Below, piece after piece: positions 44,188 through 44,378 of a stretch of 44,378 nucleotides of DNA. The stretch's first letter is position 1. Each line of letters starts with the position of its first letter. The DNA lies in assembly GCA_018656485.1 (NCBI GenBank), contig JABIAA010000050.1:1-44378 (forward strand), in the 5' to 3' direction. Source of the DNA: a bacterium (GTDB taxonomy: Bacteria > Babelota > Babeliae > Babelales > GCA-2401785). The translations under genes and the position numbers were made by a program. A model generated the notes under the pieces. That model was not told the origin of the DNA. It was given only the letters and a program-made list of their open reading frames with translations, and did no database searches.

Positions 44188-44378
44188 TTTATCTAACGTG
44201 AGAATTCGGGCAATTCTTTCCGCAACGCACTCGAAATCTTTTTCGACAAAACCTCGTGTCGTCATTGCTGGTGTTCCAATGCGAATTCCGCTTGGGTTCA
44301 TTGGACTTGAAGAATCGAATGGAATGACATTGCGGTTCACGATAATTCCGTGTTGCTCAAGTTTTTTCTCCGCCTCTT
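44179..44378 (-). CDS. glyA: serine hydroxymethyltransferase, C-terminal 65 codons (5' end outside window)
   Basis: The translation [38 protein letters not shown] matches the conserved GlyA C-terminal region (N.N.IPFD...P...SGIR.GTPA.TTRG). Confidence 0.85.
   Translation of the reverse strand, partial: EAEKKLEQHGIIVNRNVIPFDSSSPMNPSGIRIGTPAMTTRGFVEKDFECVAERIARILTLDKLT

Overview
This is a 44.4-kb chromosomal window from a moderately AT-rich bacterium. It contains no rRNA, transposase, integrase, CRISPR array or phage genes. I call 43 CDS (two cut by the window ends), two gene remnants and three tRNAs. Recognisable housekeeping genes are tyrS, a tRNA-Val/Asn/Asp cluster, rlmB-like, ftsQ-like, ftsA, ftsZ, pgeF, rpsA, ndk, nusB, efp, a nitroreductase, the glyA 3' end, an MltA-like lytic transglycosylase, a TMTC-like TPR membrane protein and an M50-like membrane protein. 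These sit between blocks of lineage-specific genes. By eye, 28 of the 43 CDS begin with a Sec-type signal peptide, and most of those belong to tandemly duplicated families with no domain I recognise. The main observations are as follows. (1) A 9.3-kb head-to-tail array of nine secreted proteins (12064-21320) falls into three families that share a short N-terminal module but differ in their C-terminal parts. (2) ndk is tandemly duplicated, and the second copy carries a signal peptide. (3) Of four tandem alpha/beta-hydrolase-like secreted paralogs, only one keeps the GHSHG nucleophile elbow. (4) A nucleotide-conserved signal-peptide cassette is fused to mature regions with no obvious similarity (42454-44187). 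(5) Cys-rich C-terminal tails and paired-helix (Inc-like) hydrophobic hairpins recur. Together these suggest a host-associated, possibly intracellular, organism with an uncharacterised secreted-protein repertoire. That lifestyle reading is inference only, and I cannot place the organism taxonomically from this window.
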